From assembly GCA_049999805.1 (NCBI GenBank), contig JBNGIO010006150.1:103661-167660 (forward strand): a DNA stretch of 64,000 bases. The letters run 5' to 3'. This document shows, piece after piece, positions 35,201 to 47,272 of the stretch; position 1 is the stretch's first letter; every line of letters begins with the position of its first letter. The stretch comes from Folioceros fuciformis (Eukaryota). The notes under the pieces are model-generated. The model was not told where the DNA came from. It worked only from the letters and a program-made list of their open reading frames with translations, and did not search any database. The translations under genes were made by a program, and so were the position numbers.

Positions 35201-36347
35201 GCTAAACCGCATTTCCTTAGCTGAAAGCGCATCAATTTTCAGTCCAAAGAGGAAGTGACATTCAGTCCCACCCATGCAAATTCCCCATGCGTGCCCAAGC
35301 TAGAAAGGCTGGTCCTCCAAACCAGTCACTGAGATCTGCGTCGCTCAGGTTGAACTGACCACTCTGTCGAACAAAACCCCATACACTGAGCACACTAGAC
35401 GAGATGTCCTGCAGCTTGGTACAGAAAAGTAGACACCATCGTACCTGAAATAATTTCTGCCAGATACTCTCTTGCCCAGTTGATGCCAGAGGAAGGTTCA
35501 CTCCCTGCAATGCCATCCAGTCGATCTCCTTCTCCCACCTTTCCCAGTCCCACCAGACGAAAGAGTCTGCACCACCCAACATCAGCCTGCAGCCTGACAC
35601 AATCACAGAGGATGCTTGAGACACTCACAGCTCGAGGTCACAACATTCTGATAGTAATTCCAGTCCACAGGCCTCTGAATCCTGACAGCTCCATTAGTAA
35701 CATGAGGCAGAAAGCCGGGATCTGGCACCGTTTTCAACTGCACCCCGCCTGTCTTGTCCCACGAAACATGTGCTCCGCACCAGTACTTCAAGTACCAGTG
35801 CAGCCCAGCACTTAATTCCACACCTGTTGTTCCTGAGATTCTGCAATGCCCATCCTCTCATGAGCACCAGCAGTTCTCACGAACGGCAGGCAATGGAGAC
35901 TCTCATTTCCTCCCACGTATGGATCTACTCACCTGACTTCTGCCTCTGTCACGATGGAGTGAGACGAAAAGTCGGTGCTGATCTCAAAGCATGATTTCCC
36001 ACCGCAGTCATCCTGCATGCAACTGACATCTTTCGGGATATCCACTTCGCGCCCGGGCATTCCTGACTGGAGGAAGCCAGCGCGTCACAAGATTTGGGGA
36101 TGCTCAGGTGAAGAACCTTCGATATGATGCGGAACTCGAAGCTCTTGGTGTGGAGCGGAAGCAGGCGGCCGAGCACTCCCGTGGCTGCCAGTTCTTGTGT
36201 AGAAGCTGCTGCACGCTCGCCATTTAGCCTCTCCACGAAAGCTTCGTAATCCGGGAGCGGCACGCTCAGGCCGCCAGCCCTGAGGGCCACAACACCAAGC
36301 AGGACAGCAAGCAGACACGCCCAGAATGCGGCAGCGGGGTCCCCCAT
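32234..36347 (-). CDS. NAGLU: Alpha-N-acetylglucosaminidase (GH89, NAGLU/CYL1-like), multi-exon, with signal peptide
   Basis: Hydrophobic N-terminus, [107 protein letters not shown] and [13 protein letters not shown]. Confidence 0.96.
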
Positions 36348-37012
36348 CCTTGTCCGCTGAATCAGACGTTCACAAGACCGTGTGTCTCGAGCTTCCATTG
36401 AGTTGGGTCGATCGATTCTGTTTCAACAAGGAGCAAACTGCGTCTTGTGTTTCAGTGTCTCTGCACAACAGGATTATTTCCTGTTCAGCTCCATCTCTTC
36501 CGGTGAGCTCTTACATTTGCCTGATAGACGTAAACTACCCGAAGAACAAACTGAGCAATGACCAAGACACAACTGCCCGACCGAGAACTCCTGGTCCCGG
36601 TCATGGGACTTCATTTGTCCGTTTGTTGGCTACCAAGTCTAGTGACAAATATTCTGGGACGTGTTCGTGCAGTGCCTGAGGGGGCCAGGCCACCATCGTA
36701 TACTAACAGTATGTAGCGTGACTATGGCGGCTGATGGCTCGGTGTCCTCTTCCCCGCCACCAAGTTTGTAGAGTACAGTACATACGTGCTGCTGAAGACA
36801 TGGACACATGTGTCGGTCTCCAGGCTAACCCAAATTTGTTCCTGCGCTCATCAGGGTTCCTCTCCTGGGGGGATCTGCTCATCACGAATCCTCTGAGGTA
36901 TCATCTTCGACCGCAAAAACGAAGCCATTGTGATACCCTTCCCACCTGTGTGATTCCAACTGCTAGGTCAGTGCTTCAAAGCCGTGGAGGTATGGGCCGC
37001 GACAGCCAACAG

Positions 37013-39392
37013 TCATAGGAGCTGATGAATGGACCTGGGTAGCTTGCCGTCGGAAGGAAGCTGAAGTTCTTGGTGTGGAGGAAACGGGTGGATGGCCGCG
37101 TCCAGGGACTCTTCAGTCACTTCAGGCAAGGAAGATGGGTTCCACTGCCATAACGGACACGGTTGGAGGTGGATGGGAGGGGGAAGGAAATCATGGAATC
37201 AGGCAGCAGGAGCCGGAAAGAATGCTTGTTTACCTTTGGTTTGTTGTCCTTGTCGATCACTGTAGCGCGTATACCCTGCAAAGTGACAGATGTCGTCATG
37301 GGCAATGGTTCAGTTCAAGATGCTCTCAAGATGGGGGTGAATGCATGCGTGGTTGCACATTTGGTGTTACCTCGAACAAGTCAGTGGATATCAGTCCATA
37401 CATTATGCTCATTGTAAGTCGGAACTCTCGCTTCAGACACTCATCAAGGTCCTGAGAACGTGCTTCCCGTATCTGGCATCCAGTGACGTTCAGATTCTGG
37501 TTTAGGGTCCTGATGCAAAGAAAAATTGAAGTCTCCGAACACTGACTGAAGGTGCTGTGAATATGGCCATACCGATCTGAAGGTGACCTTCAAGCCGGTG
37601 GGAGAAGCACGCTGCATCGAGGTGATAATAGTCTTGACCCATTCATCTTGCGTTTCGTTGAACACTTCAGTCTGCACAAGAAGCTATGCTGAATATATAC
37701 AAGCGGAAAGTGCGTATGGCATGTAGCAGAAATGCAGATGACTAAATGGTTTTGACGAAGACAGGGAAGAAGAGTTGTACTAGTGTTTCCACGATATCTT
37801 CCACACTGCTCTTGGAGAACCATTTGTCAATATCAGCTTGTCTGATGATTAAGGCATGACAATGAGTATGTCTGGCTCAGATGCTCTGAGCCACAAAACA
37901 GATCGGCAGGTTTGACAGATGAAAAGAACTGACCTGTGCAATATGCTCCGTTCTCCAACTTTTGGAGATTCACTGTATTCGTCAAGGACGGCCTTGATGC
38001 TCTCATCTGATGGGGATGCCAGCGACAATAATCTCTTCTCGACTTCTTCCAATCGCTGCGGATTGACAAATGAAAGCGAATCAACATGGACGTCTCACAC
38101 GCGGATAGATAGAACATGCTCAGGATTGTGTGTAACATGTGCCGTACCTCGGCAGGGACAAAGTGTGAAGCAAGACCACAAGTAAGCAACTCAGCACCGT
38201 CCAGGCGTGCACCAGTCAGACCCATGTACTCCCCTGTACATCAAAGGATCAATGAAATGCAAGAAAAAATGTTCAGGATCGAGTTGTTGCCCCTTAGGAT
38301 GCTTGCAACTTACCAAGATGTCCTGCGAGATGAGAGAGCAAGTAGGAGCCACCACAATCTGTGTGCAAGCCAATGGCAGCTTCAGGCATAGTGAAGACCT
38401 GTGGACAAGAGAAGGCCAGCTCTGTCAACAAAACATAGGAGTCCGGATTCCCAGGCCAGATGTCTTGAAAGTTGCTTCCTGGATTCTCAATTGGAAGTTC
38501 TCACCGTCTTTTCCGTGACCACTTGATACCGTCCATGCAGTCCCAAAGTCGCACCTCCTCCAACGGAAGTAGAGTGCATGAGGCTTACCTGCAGTGGCAC
38601 AGGGAACATGTAGGGCCAGTAGTTCAACCAAACTTCTCAATCGAGTCAACACTACAGACAAGCTCACATACGTACAATGGGTTTCTTGTAGGTAGCAACG
38701 TGGTAGTCCAACCAGTACATTTGGTAGGCGAGTCCCGTCCATGCAGGATCTACAATGGCAATCCAGATCCAAAATGTCTCCACAGCAAGGAAGAACTTAA
38801 TGAATTGCAGTAGAAGGAGAGGAGAAACCGCAGATTACTTTTAGCATTCAGGGAGTAAAAGTATTTCAGGTCTCCTCCGGCAGAAAACAGTCGTCCAGCA
38901 GCCTGCAGTCCGTCATGTGAGGAGCATGCAGCAGGCGGGCATCTTTGACATGGCCAATTGTGCTAACTCAGAAACCATCATACCTTCAAGATGACAAGTT
39001 GCACATCGTCATCCTTTTCCCACTTCTCGTACAGCCCAGATACGGCCGAAAGCTGATCTCATGACCACAAGCTCCTTCAGCTGCCGTGAGCTTGCAGTCC
39101 TGGGCACCGGCTGGGCCACGGCCTGCAAGCTCGCTCCCCAAATCCACCGAGCTGAATACATACCACCAGTCGCTTACCAGTTCACCATTGATAGCATTCA
39201 GAGCCTTCGGCCGGTTCAAGGTCGCCACTCTCACAGCCCCATGCTCCTCCCACAGCACCACCTAAAGCCGGAATGCGACTCGCTCTTTAACCCATACTGC
39301 ACAGAAAATGTATAGCTCAACCCGCAAATTTCGAAACACAGGTTTACTTCTTCCTGCCCAGGGGTCGCAATGCTCGCATTTTCAGTTGCCAT
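37013..39392 (-). CDS. 3-hydroxyisobutyryl-CoA hydrolase-like (crotonase superfamily), multi-exon
   Basis: TLNRPKALNAI, FSAGGDLK, YMGLTGARLDGAELLTCGLASHFVP, ASPTGLKVTFRS and GIRATVIDKDNKPK|WNP. The 3' end is approximate and there may be one more exon. Confidence 0.9.
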
Positions 39393-39574
39393 TTTGGACT
39401 ACACCCTCTCCGCAGGGCCCGCAAATCCTTCCTGTCGAAGAACCAAATCACTGTCAGTGACTGTCTCCGCTCCTTGCAGAATTGACTCACAAGGATTGAG
39501 CATTTGAGCTTCCGTTAGCGCACCTACTGGGCCACAAAAGTTCAGTGCAGGAGCACGTGGGACAAAGAATCCTA

Positions 39575-39605
39575 CGACTCCGACTCCGACTCCGACTCCG
39601 ACTCG
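39575..39605. repeat. (CGACTC)n microsatellite in the divergent promoter region
   Basis: Direct inspection. Confidence 0.85.
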
Positions 39606-39798
39606 TCAGCCGGAGACACCAGAAGCACTCACGGCAAGGAACGTCATCGACCAGTCCATCTAATCATAAAGCAAAGCGCATGGTGGAGTACGATGACAGC
39701 TTTCCCAGCTGCGGGACAGACATGGTTGATGATTGAACCTTTTCACCCCAGGTGAATGACTACTCACTGTTACATCAGGAGCCAGTTACCGCATCTCG

Positions 39799-39811
39799 TT
39801 TGCCCGCCAAA
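39799..39811. promoter_or_regulatory. Overlapping inverted E2F-type sites (TTTGCCCG / TTTGGCGG) upstream of POLD2
   Basis: TTTGCCCGCCAAA matches the plant E2F consensus WTTSSCSS on both strands, about 85 nt upstream of a DNA replication gene. Confidence 0.55.
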
Positions 39812-39893
39812 AATACGCGAATTGAGCACTTGGACATCCGATCGCGCAAGCCCAGGCGGACAAACCGTCGCACGAAGCCGGAGCTCGGCAGCG

Positions 39894-42340
39894 ATGGACA
39901 TCGACTCTGAGGAGTGCGTTGTGCGGAAGCAAGCACAGTATGTGTCGCAGGTTCGAGAATCACGATGCTGCCTTTTCTTGTCGGAAATGATGGTTTTGTT
40001 GTCAAGAGGTTTGTGGCGTCTGTGTGATGTTGTGGTTTGATGGGGAGCAGGGCGAGAAGTATCTTCTGCGGAATCAGAAATACAGGGGGCAACAGTACAG
40101 CCAGCTCTACTTCATCCGCTTGCACAAGCTTCGGGAACAGATCAAAGCTGTGGCTAGAATGAAGTGGCCCGCCCTTCCACGTACGTACTTTCGAGTAGGG
40201 TCTAGGGTCCCAGCTGTCCATGCCGAGCATGTGTGTGGTCAGCTCTGAGAAGCTCGCTGTTCTGTGGTCCTGGCAGTTTGCAACATTCTAGGTCTTGAGG
40301 AGGGCAAGCGATGTGTGATTGTGGGCACGTTGTACAAGCACATGAAGCTGAAACCATCGATTCTCGCGGAGTATTCCAAGGAGGTGGTTGTGATTTTGTG
40401 GCATCATATTAATCGTAGTCGTGAGTGTTGCTTGGGCTGAGAAGGTTGGGGTTTTGCACCTTACAGCGGTCGAATGTGCCTCTGGTTACTCCTGACAAGT
40501 TCACACATCCTAGTGATCATCTTATTCTGGAAGATGAGAGTGGTCGAGTTACGCTCTCTGCAATTGGAGCCCAGACACAGTATTTTGTGACGGGTAAGTT
40601 GAGGCGTCCAGTACGTAAGTCCTGTGTCCATCATCCCAGCGTTGATCTGCTTGGTTGCGGTGACTTTGGCTGACTTTGTTCCGCCCAGGTGTGGTGGTAG
40701 CACTCTGTGGTCACGAGGATAGGAATGGTTTGTTTTCTGTTGAAGAGATACTGGAGGCAGGATTGCCCCCGCAGCTTCCTATACAAGCACCTGCTGGTAA
40801 GAGTCGTGAAGAGCACGGTTTGCACAGTTCTGCCATCGTCTGCAGTCTCTTTGTTGAAGAGTTTGGGGTGATTCACGTCAGTCAGCGTGAGGATGTGGAA
40901 TGTGCATTTGGCAGAGGACAAATTTGTCGCACTGGTATCTGGGTTGAAGATTGGAGCAAATGGGTCCAATCCCCTGCTCCTGCAACTCCTTGTGGATCAT
41001 TTGACTGGATACCTCGGTGACCCACAGGTACACAGTGCCTATCTCTCTTTGGGCTTGTCCAGAAAAGTTTCTTGGTTTGGGAGCATTGATACGATGTAAA
41101 CTGCAGGAAATAGGCTTGAGTGCACGAATAGTGCGGGTTGTCATTGCTGGCAATTCTGTTGACCTCCCACACATGGTCTTACACGGGCAGGTATGGAGCT
41201 TTCCCCAGAGTTCAGAGCTCCTAGCAAAGTTGAGGTTCTAACTCTCTGTTTCCTATCCAGCCTGTAACCCCGAAGGAACAAGGGAAGCTGACTGAACCGA
41301 TGAAGGAGCTCGACCTAGTTTTGACACAGGTACTTCAACTTTGGCTGCTTTTTCTATCCGCCTCAGCTTGTGGAAAAGCTAGCAACAAGACAGCACTCAG
41401 CCTGTCCAGTGGGTGTTAGTCAGGTTTTCTACGTTCATGCTTCATGCAAGGAACAGGACACCCTTTGCCATTGTCTTGTGTCTGATCAGTGAATCTATGC
41501 CGTAGATATCAGCAGCGATGCCTCTAGACATTATGCCAGGCGCTGATGATCCTGCCAATTTCTCCTTACCTCAGCAGGTGAGCCATGCTTCATTTGACAG
41601 CCAATCTAGGCTAGCAGCCGAAGTGACATTAATTGACTTGAGTTGTTGGTCATCAGCCTCTGCATAGGTGTTTGCTGCCCGGGGCTGCAGCTTACAGCAC
41701 TTTCTGCTCCGCTACGAATCCACATAACTTTGAGCTCGACAGAGTATGTTTCCTTGGAACTTCTGGCCAGAACATCAGTGACCTAGCGAAGTTCTCTGAA
41801 GCTGAAGAAGAGCTGGACTTAATGGAGAGAACTCTGAAATGGCGACACCTTGCTCCCACCGCTCCAGACACGCTAGGTAGGTTTCTTGCTCGTCTCTCTA
41901 CCTGCCCAACAGCGAGAGCAGCATCTGTAATTCTCTGTTCGTTTGCAGGATGCTACCCCTTTACTACCGATGATCCTTTCATCATCACCACATGCCCTCA
42001 TGTCTACTTCTGTGGCAACCAGGGGAAGTTTGCAACCCGGCTAGTGAAAGGTGTGGTGACTTGCACCGTCTATCCCTTCAACCTCTACCACAAGAACAGA
42101 AGGAACTCTCATCGATTGTGTCCTTCTTGCAGGTCCAGCAGGACAGCACGTGAGAATCATCTGCATCCCCCGTTTCAGTGAGACAGGCTGTGCTGCAATG
42201 GTAATGTCCTTTCTGCCCCGCTATACCCAAGTGGAAAGAATTCCAATCCAGCTCATTCCCTTGCCCTTGTCTCTGTGCAGGTGAATATCAGAACACTGGA
42301 CTGTCATGTTATCACACTCTCCACGGCATCTCTAGAATGA
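39894..42340 (+). CDS. POLD2: DNA polymerase delta small subunit (multi-exon)
   Basis: YRGQQYSQLYFIRL, VIVGTLYKHMKLKPSIL, LILEDESGRV, VALVSGL, LLVDHLTGYLG, VVIAGNS, DIMPGADDPANFSLPQQPLHRC, LGTSGQNI, WRHLAPTAPDTLGCYPF and CPHVYFCGNQ. Confidence 0.97.
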
Positions 42341-44239
42341 CTGCCTAGTGGACTTCATCCTTCTGACGCATAAGTTTTCGAGGATAGAGCAGGTGTAACA
42401 GATGGTGCCAGAATGGGAAGGCGTTTTCCATGTTCTAGCCGTTTCAGTGCGGGAACAACAGCCTCTGTTGCCATCTCGATGAGGAGGCTGTCGACAAGGA
42501 GGTGCATTGCCCATCTCCCCAAACGGGCTCTCAAGGTGCACCACTCATCCAGCCACACCAGGCACTTAAATTGTGCCTTGTGGCATGTCTTGACCATCCG
42601 AGGTTTTTTTTTCTTGCAGGAATGATGCTACAAGCCGCCTGTCAGGATGGCACTAGCAGGGACGAGGAATGGGTCTTCGCTTCCAAATCCTAGGATGGCT
42701 ACGCTGTTCTGAACTCCTCAGGACTGACGAGAACCTGAAGCAAGAATCAGTCTTAGAGTCCCCTGGGACGCAACACAATCTTAGGAACAGAACGCTGCTA
42801 AACTTCTGTAAGCTAGTGCACGCAAGCGCCATTTGTTACTATTTGCTGTTGAGGAATGTTTCAGTGGTGATTGCGACCATGGTTTCATTCCAGACATGTC
42901 TTGTAAGCATCTCCAAATATCTTCGCAAGTGTAGATGTGTCCGTGTGATCTTTCGATTTGTGCATCGCAATCACGATGTCTGATGAGTTTTTGAAATTGG
43001 ATGCAAGTGTGGCCATGGCCAAGGTGGACAGCAAGGAAGACACGGAGTGGTTCACATCTTCTCCTCGCAACAACCTGCGAGGAGATATCGTAATGTTTGC
43101 TTGCTGTGAAGTGGAGTTGGGTGATGGTTGCTGAGCGGAAGCATCACCCACATGCTGTGCTGACCGATGTGTGGGATCAACAATCTTGGCCGCTAGGGAG
43201 GCAAACCACCTAAAATCTGCACCTCAGGGTGGAAGACAAATCTGTCAGACACATGTGGTGTGTCACACTGCCTTCCACCCATCACATGCATTAGCTGCTT
43301 TCCTTACGCTCATTAAGACCAAGCAATGATAACTAATATTTCTCTAGTTTGCGTTAGCTTTGGTCTTGAAAGTCACTTAAGCAGGAGTTGTGGTCTTATC
43401 AGGCGTGTGACATGATAAACCCGAAGGAACCAGATACGTTGGTGGATACGACGTTGCGAACTCCACAGCGCAGGTGTGAAGGGTTCCATTATTTCCGGGT
43501 CGGTGAGAGCAGTAACATTGTGTATTATTACCGTCTGGTTGGGTCCAGAATTCCAGAAGCTTCACCCGTGGTAACTTGATGACGTAAAAAAGTGAAGGTG
43601 GGGTGAGAGCAGGTGGGCACAGTGTGGGCAATGATGAGACGATATGGCCCCTCGTGGCGCTGCCGGGCCTGCACTCGTGGCCCAGATCGGATTCCGTTAC
43701 GGATCTTCATTGCCATCATTTCGAATTTCCGTTCGTCCAGTCAAAATTTGCCACCGTTGTCGAATTTCCAATATCGGTTGAGCTGGTCCGCCGACCGATT
43801 AATTGGACTGGCTTGCTCTTACTCATTGATATTTGCAAGCACAATATCACAAACAGGATGAACTGATCGAACAGGCATCATATTAGTTCATGAGAGAATG
43901 CTACGGACTGCCAACGGAATGGCCATGTATGTACTGTGGCCTCCATGGTAGCTGTAATCGGGAAATGAACTTACAGGCATGGCATGCGGCAGGTCTGCAC
44001 ACTCACATGGGTGTGAAATAAATAATAACAATGTGTCTCAGCTGCAAGTGTGTATGTACATACTACATCACACGTTGATTTTCCAGAAGCCCGTCCGTCA
44101 CGGGATCTGGAGGCACGGCATGTATCCGGGTGAGTACGTCAATCACAAATCTTGCTACATGGAAGCATGACAGCGGCAGCAAAGGATGCCAGGAGGCTGC
44201 TAAGAAGGGAAGAGGAGAAATGGAAAGCGGAAATGGGGG

Positions 44240-44290
44240 AGAAGGAGAAGGAGAAGGAGAAGGAGAAGGAGAAGGAGAAGGAGAAGGAAG
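44240..44290. repeat. (GAAGGA)n microsatellite in the 3' UTR region of PHD gene copy 1
   Basis: Direct inspection. Confidence 0.95.
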
Positions 44291-44340
44291 GTGAAATTGT
44301 GCTTATCAGTCAGTGAGGGTGTTGGTGTGGGGAATTCAGA

Positions 44341-46651
44341 TCAGAGCATGGCATGGAATAAGTCTACTCCACACCGGTGGCATAGGAAGCGGAGAGGGAT
44401 GGAGTCGGCGTCGGAGATGCCTCCACATCTGGTATGCTGCCAGACCTCGCAGACATCGCATGCTATCATGCGCTCACCATCATCGTCCTTTGTACCACAA
44501 GGACAGTCCACGATCCAACTGTCGTTGCCGCCTTCATAGCGCCACTCGCTGCACAGCTCAATGCCACCGCCCTGCACGATGACATGGGACCCGGATTCAA
44601 TGGCTCCAAACAGCAGGTCTTCGTCGTCTCCTTCCAAGTCGGGAATGGACTCCACCACGAAGTTGCGCATGATCTCATAAGTCTCGCGGTATGCCCGTTG
44701 GGCCTCCTGCTTCAAGTCGCCCACAGTGGCGTGTGGGGGGAGCACCACCAGCTCGGCTGGTGGGCTGGGCCGGTTGCGCTTGGCGTCCTCGTCCTTGAGC
44801 ACCACAGTGCACATAACTCGCAGCATCTCATCATCGTCCATGCCCCACTCATTGTTGGCACACTTGCGACTGATCTCCCCCTTGTAGTCCTTGATGAACT
44901 GCTTCGTGTCCAGGATTATCCTTGTAGCAGTTGGGATTGCTGTCAGAACGCTCTTAATGCCCCGCCTTGCTGGCTTGTAGCTCTCCAACACATGCTTATA
45001 TAAATACACGATGTCCCGGAGCACCTCTGCCCGACCGACCTCGCACACAGTCTCGGACTGGCTGTTCCGCAGGTCGCGGCTCACAGCTGGGTTGGTCGCA
45101 CTCGCCGTGTTCACGTCCTCCAAGCTGTACTCCAGAACCTTGGTGATGGGATTCACAGCTCGCCGCACCACGTGAGAGCCTACAACCCGATTTCCCAAGG
45201 ACTTGAGCACAAAGTCCAGCAATCCGGTGTCCCCTATGTAGACCCGGGCTGCATCCCTGACATCCTGCCGAGGCATCCACTTCTTCTCGCAGCTCTTCAA
45301 GGCTTCCACAATCACCTGCGTGGCTAAGTCCAGCCTTTTCACAGACCAACGGCAGGGCATGTCCACAGCAGCCGGTTGAGGGCTGTTCACTGTGCTGTGT
45401 TTCTTGTCCGTGACGTACTCTTTGGAAGCTGCAGTCTTTCCGACAGTCTTCGAGGCAGTTGGATGCAGTGGAAGTCGGGCTTTGAGCTCTGTCATAAACC
45501 TCAACAGATCACCAACTGTTTGCAGAGTGTTCCCGCTAACTCGCTGGTACATTGTCACTATGGCCAGCACGTCCTGGTCGACACCATCGAAATGCTGCAT
45601 CAGTACAGTTAAAGGCATTCCCCTAATGGCCTCAATTGCCTTCATGTACATCTGAGCAGTGATTCCAAAGCTTCCATGCCCGAACTTGTAGCCCCACCTC
45701 CCGTACCAGGATTCTCCGTATGCCACAGAATGTATCAGACGGAATTCCAGTGACCTCTTTTTGGCAACATCCTCAACGCTCACCTTCCTGCAGAGTTTGA
45801 ATTCAAGCAACTCAGAGTTAGAGCTTTGACAATCACTTGTGGAGACTCACGGCCCGTGGAACAAGACTCTCATAATTCAGGTGCTTACCTCGCTCTCAGC
45901 ATGGCACAGAGCCGGTCCCAAAGATCCATGATCTCCCTTCCAGATGCGAATTTGGACCCTTTCTCTCTGCCGTTTATCCGCAGAAGATGGCCATACCCAT
46001 TGCAATGCAGAACTCCGTGCAGCAAGTGACTTTGCAAGTCTAAAATGCTGCCAATCACAGCATCTTCGCCACAGGAGGGACAGGTGAACATGTTTGTCGG
46101 AATTGGATCGCTGCATCCAGGGCACACCTTTCCCCCAACCAGCCCGACCAGTCCCATCGGCCGTTCCTCAATCTCTGGCGCTGGAATGATGAAGTGATAG
46201 CGCATGTTTGACACTGGATGATGGCTCCACCCTGGTGGGGATACGCGGTGCGTCAGCGATGAACATTGAGGGACAAAGTACCACAAAATCAACAACAAAC
46301 AGACGAACGTTATCAAACGCAAACCGATTTCAATCTTCCGAATTTGAAGTGTAAAATTGTACCTATGCAGCGGCAGTGGTCGCAGTGTGGATGCAACGAG
46401 TCGCGCATTCCTTCTTCAATAATTAGCAGTGAGATTCTTGAGCCGGTGGAATCCTCTGAGAGCCCTACCGACCACGCCGGCATGCCCTCGATGTTGTACA
46501 GCTCTGGCTCTGTGCAGTCATCCAGGAATCTCCGTATGTTATCTCTGAATGGCGCATAGTAGTCGGCAGGGCAGCCTGGATCTCCAAAGGTGTGAAAGCC
46601 AAACAGCCTGTCCCCTTTCCTCCGCTTCCTGCTGGCGTCACACGTTTGCAA
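44341..46651 (-). CDS. MS1/MMD1(DUET)-family PHD-finger protein, copy 1 (at least 3 exons; start uncertain, possibly ATG 46814 via an extra intron)
   Basis: LFGFHTFGDPG, CDHCRCIG|WSHHPVS, HLLHGVLHCNGYGHLLRINGRE, IMDLWDRLC, KVSVEDVAKKR, WYGRWGYKFG, IGDTGLLDFVLK and C-terminal PHD VDCPCGTKDDDGERMIACDVCEVWQHTRC. Confidence 0.95.
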
Positions 46652-47227
46652 CTACGTCAGGAGGTAGGTCACAAGCCACACAAGCACCTAGAACTACCTA
46701 GCTTCACGAGAGAGTGCAGAGCATGTGATAGAGCAGCCGTGTCACAAGCATTTGTGATTTCAATTCAATCCAAGGAACAGGTCCTCCAAATCCTTGCGTA
46801 GGACTGGTAGCCATGCTCTGCAGACACAAATTGGAAGTTGCCTCAAGGACGCCGTTAGGGACCTGTTCTTGAAGACCAAGTTGGATTGAGTGTCCATCGA
46901 TGGAGCGCCACTCAACCGTTGTCCAATACAGAAGCAGTGTTGGGCAGTTCACAGGCCTGCTACTGCTAAGCCACGAGAAGCCTCCGTAAGCCAAAGCTTA
47001 TGACCTACAGGTGTGCAGTCTGAACAGAGCATCTCACTCGCCAGCACTCATGGCCATTGCACCGTGTCCGACGGCTGCTGGTTGCAATCTCGTCCTCGGC
47101 CATTTTCTGTTGTTCACTCCCCGAAGACGCTCGTTCACTCACTCGATCAGGAATGTGGCCCTTGTGCCTGTGCGGATGTTGTCACCGAAATGCACATTTG
47201 CAGCGGCCTGATCTGGATCCTGCCGAG

Positions 47228-47272
47228 CTCATCTCATTTCATTTCATCTCATCTCATCTCATCTCATCTCAA
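47228..47272. repeat. (TCTCA/TTTCA)n microsatellite
   Basis: Direct inspection. Confidence 0.9.
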
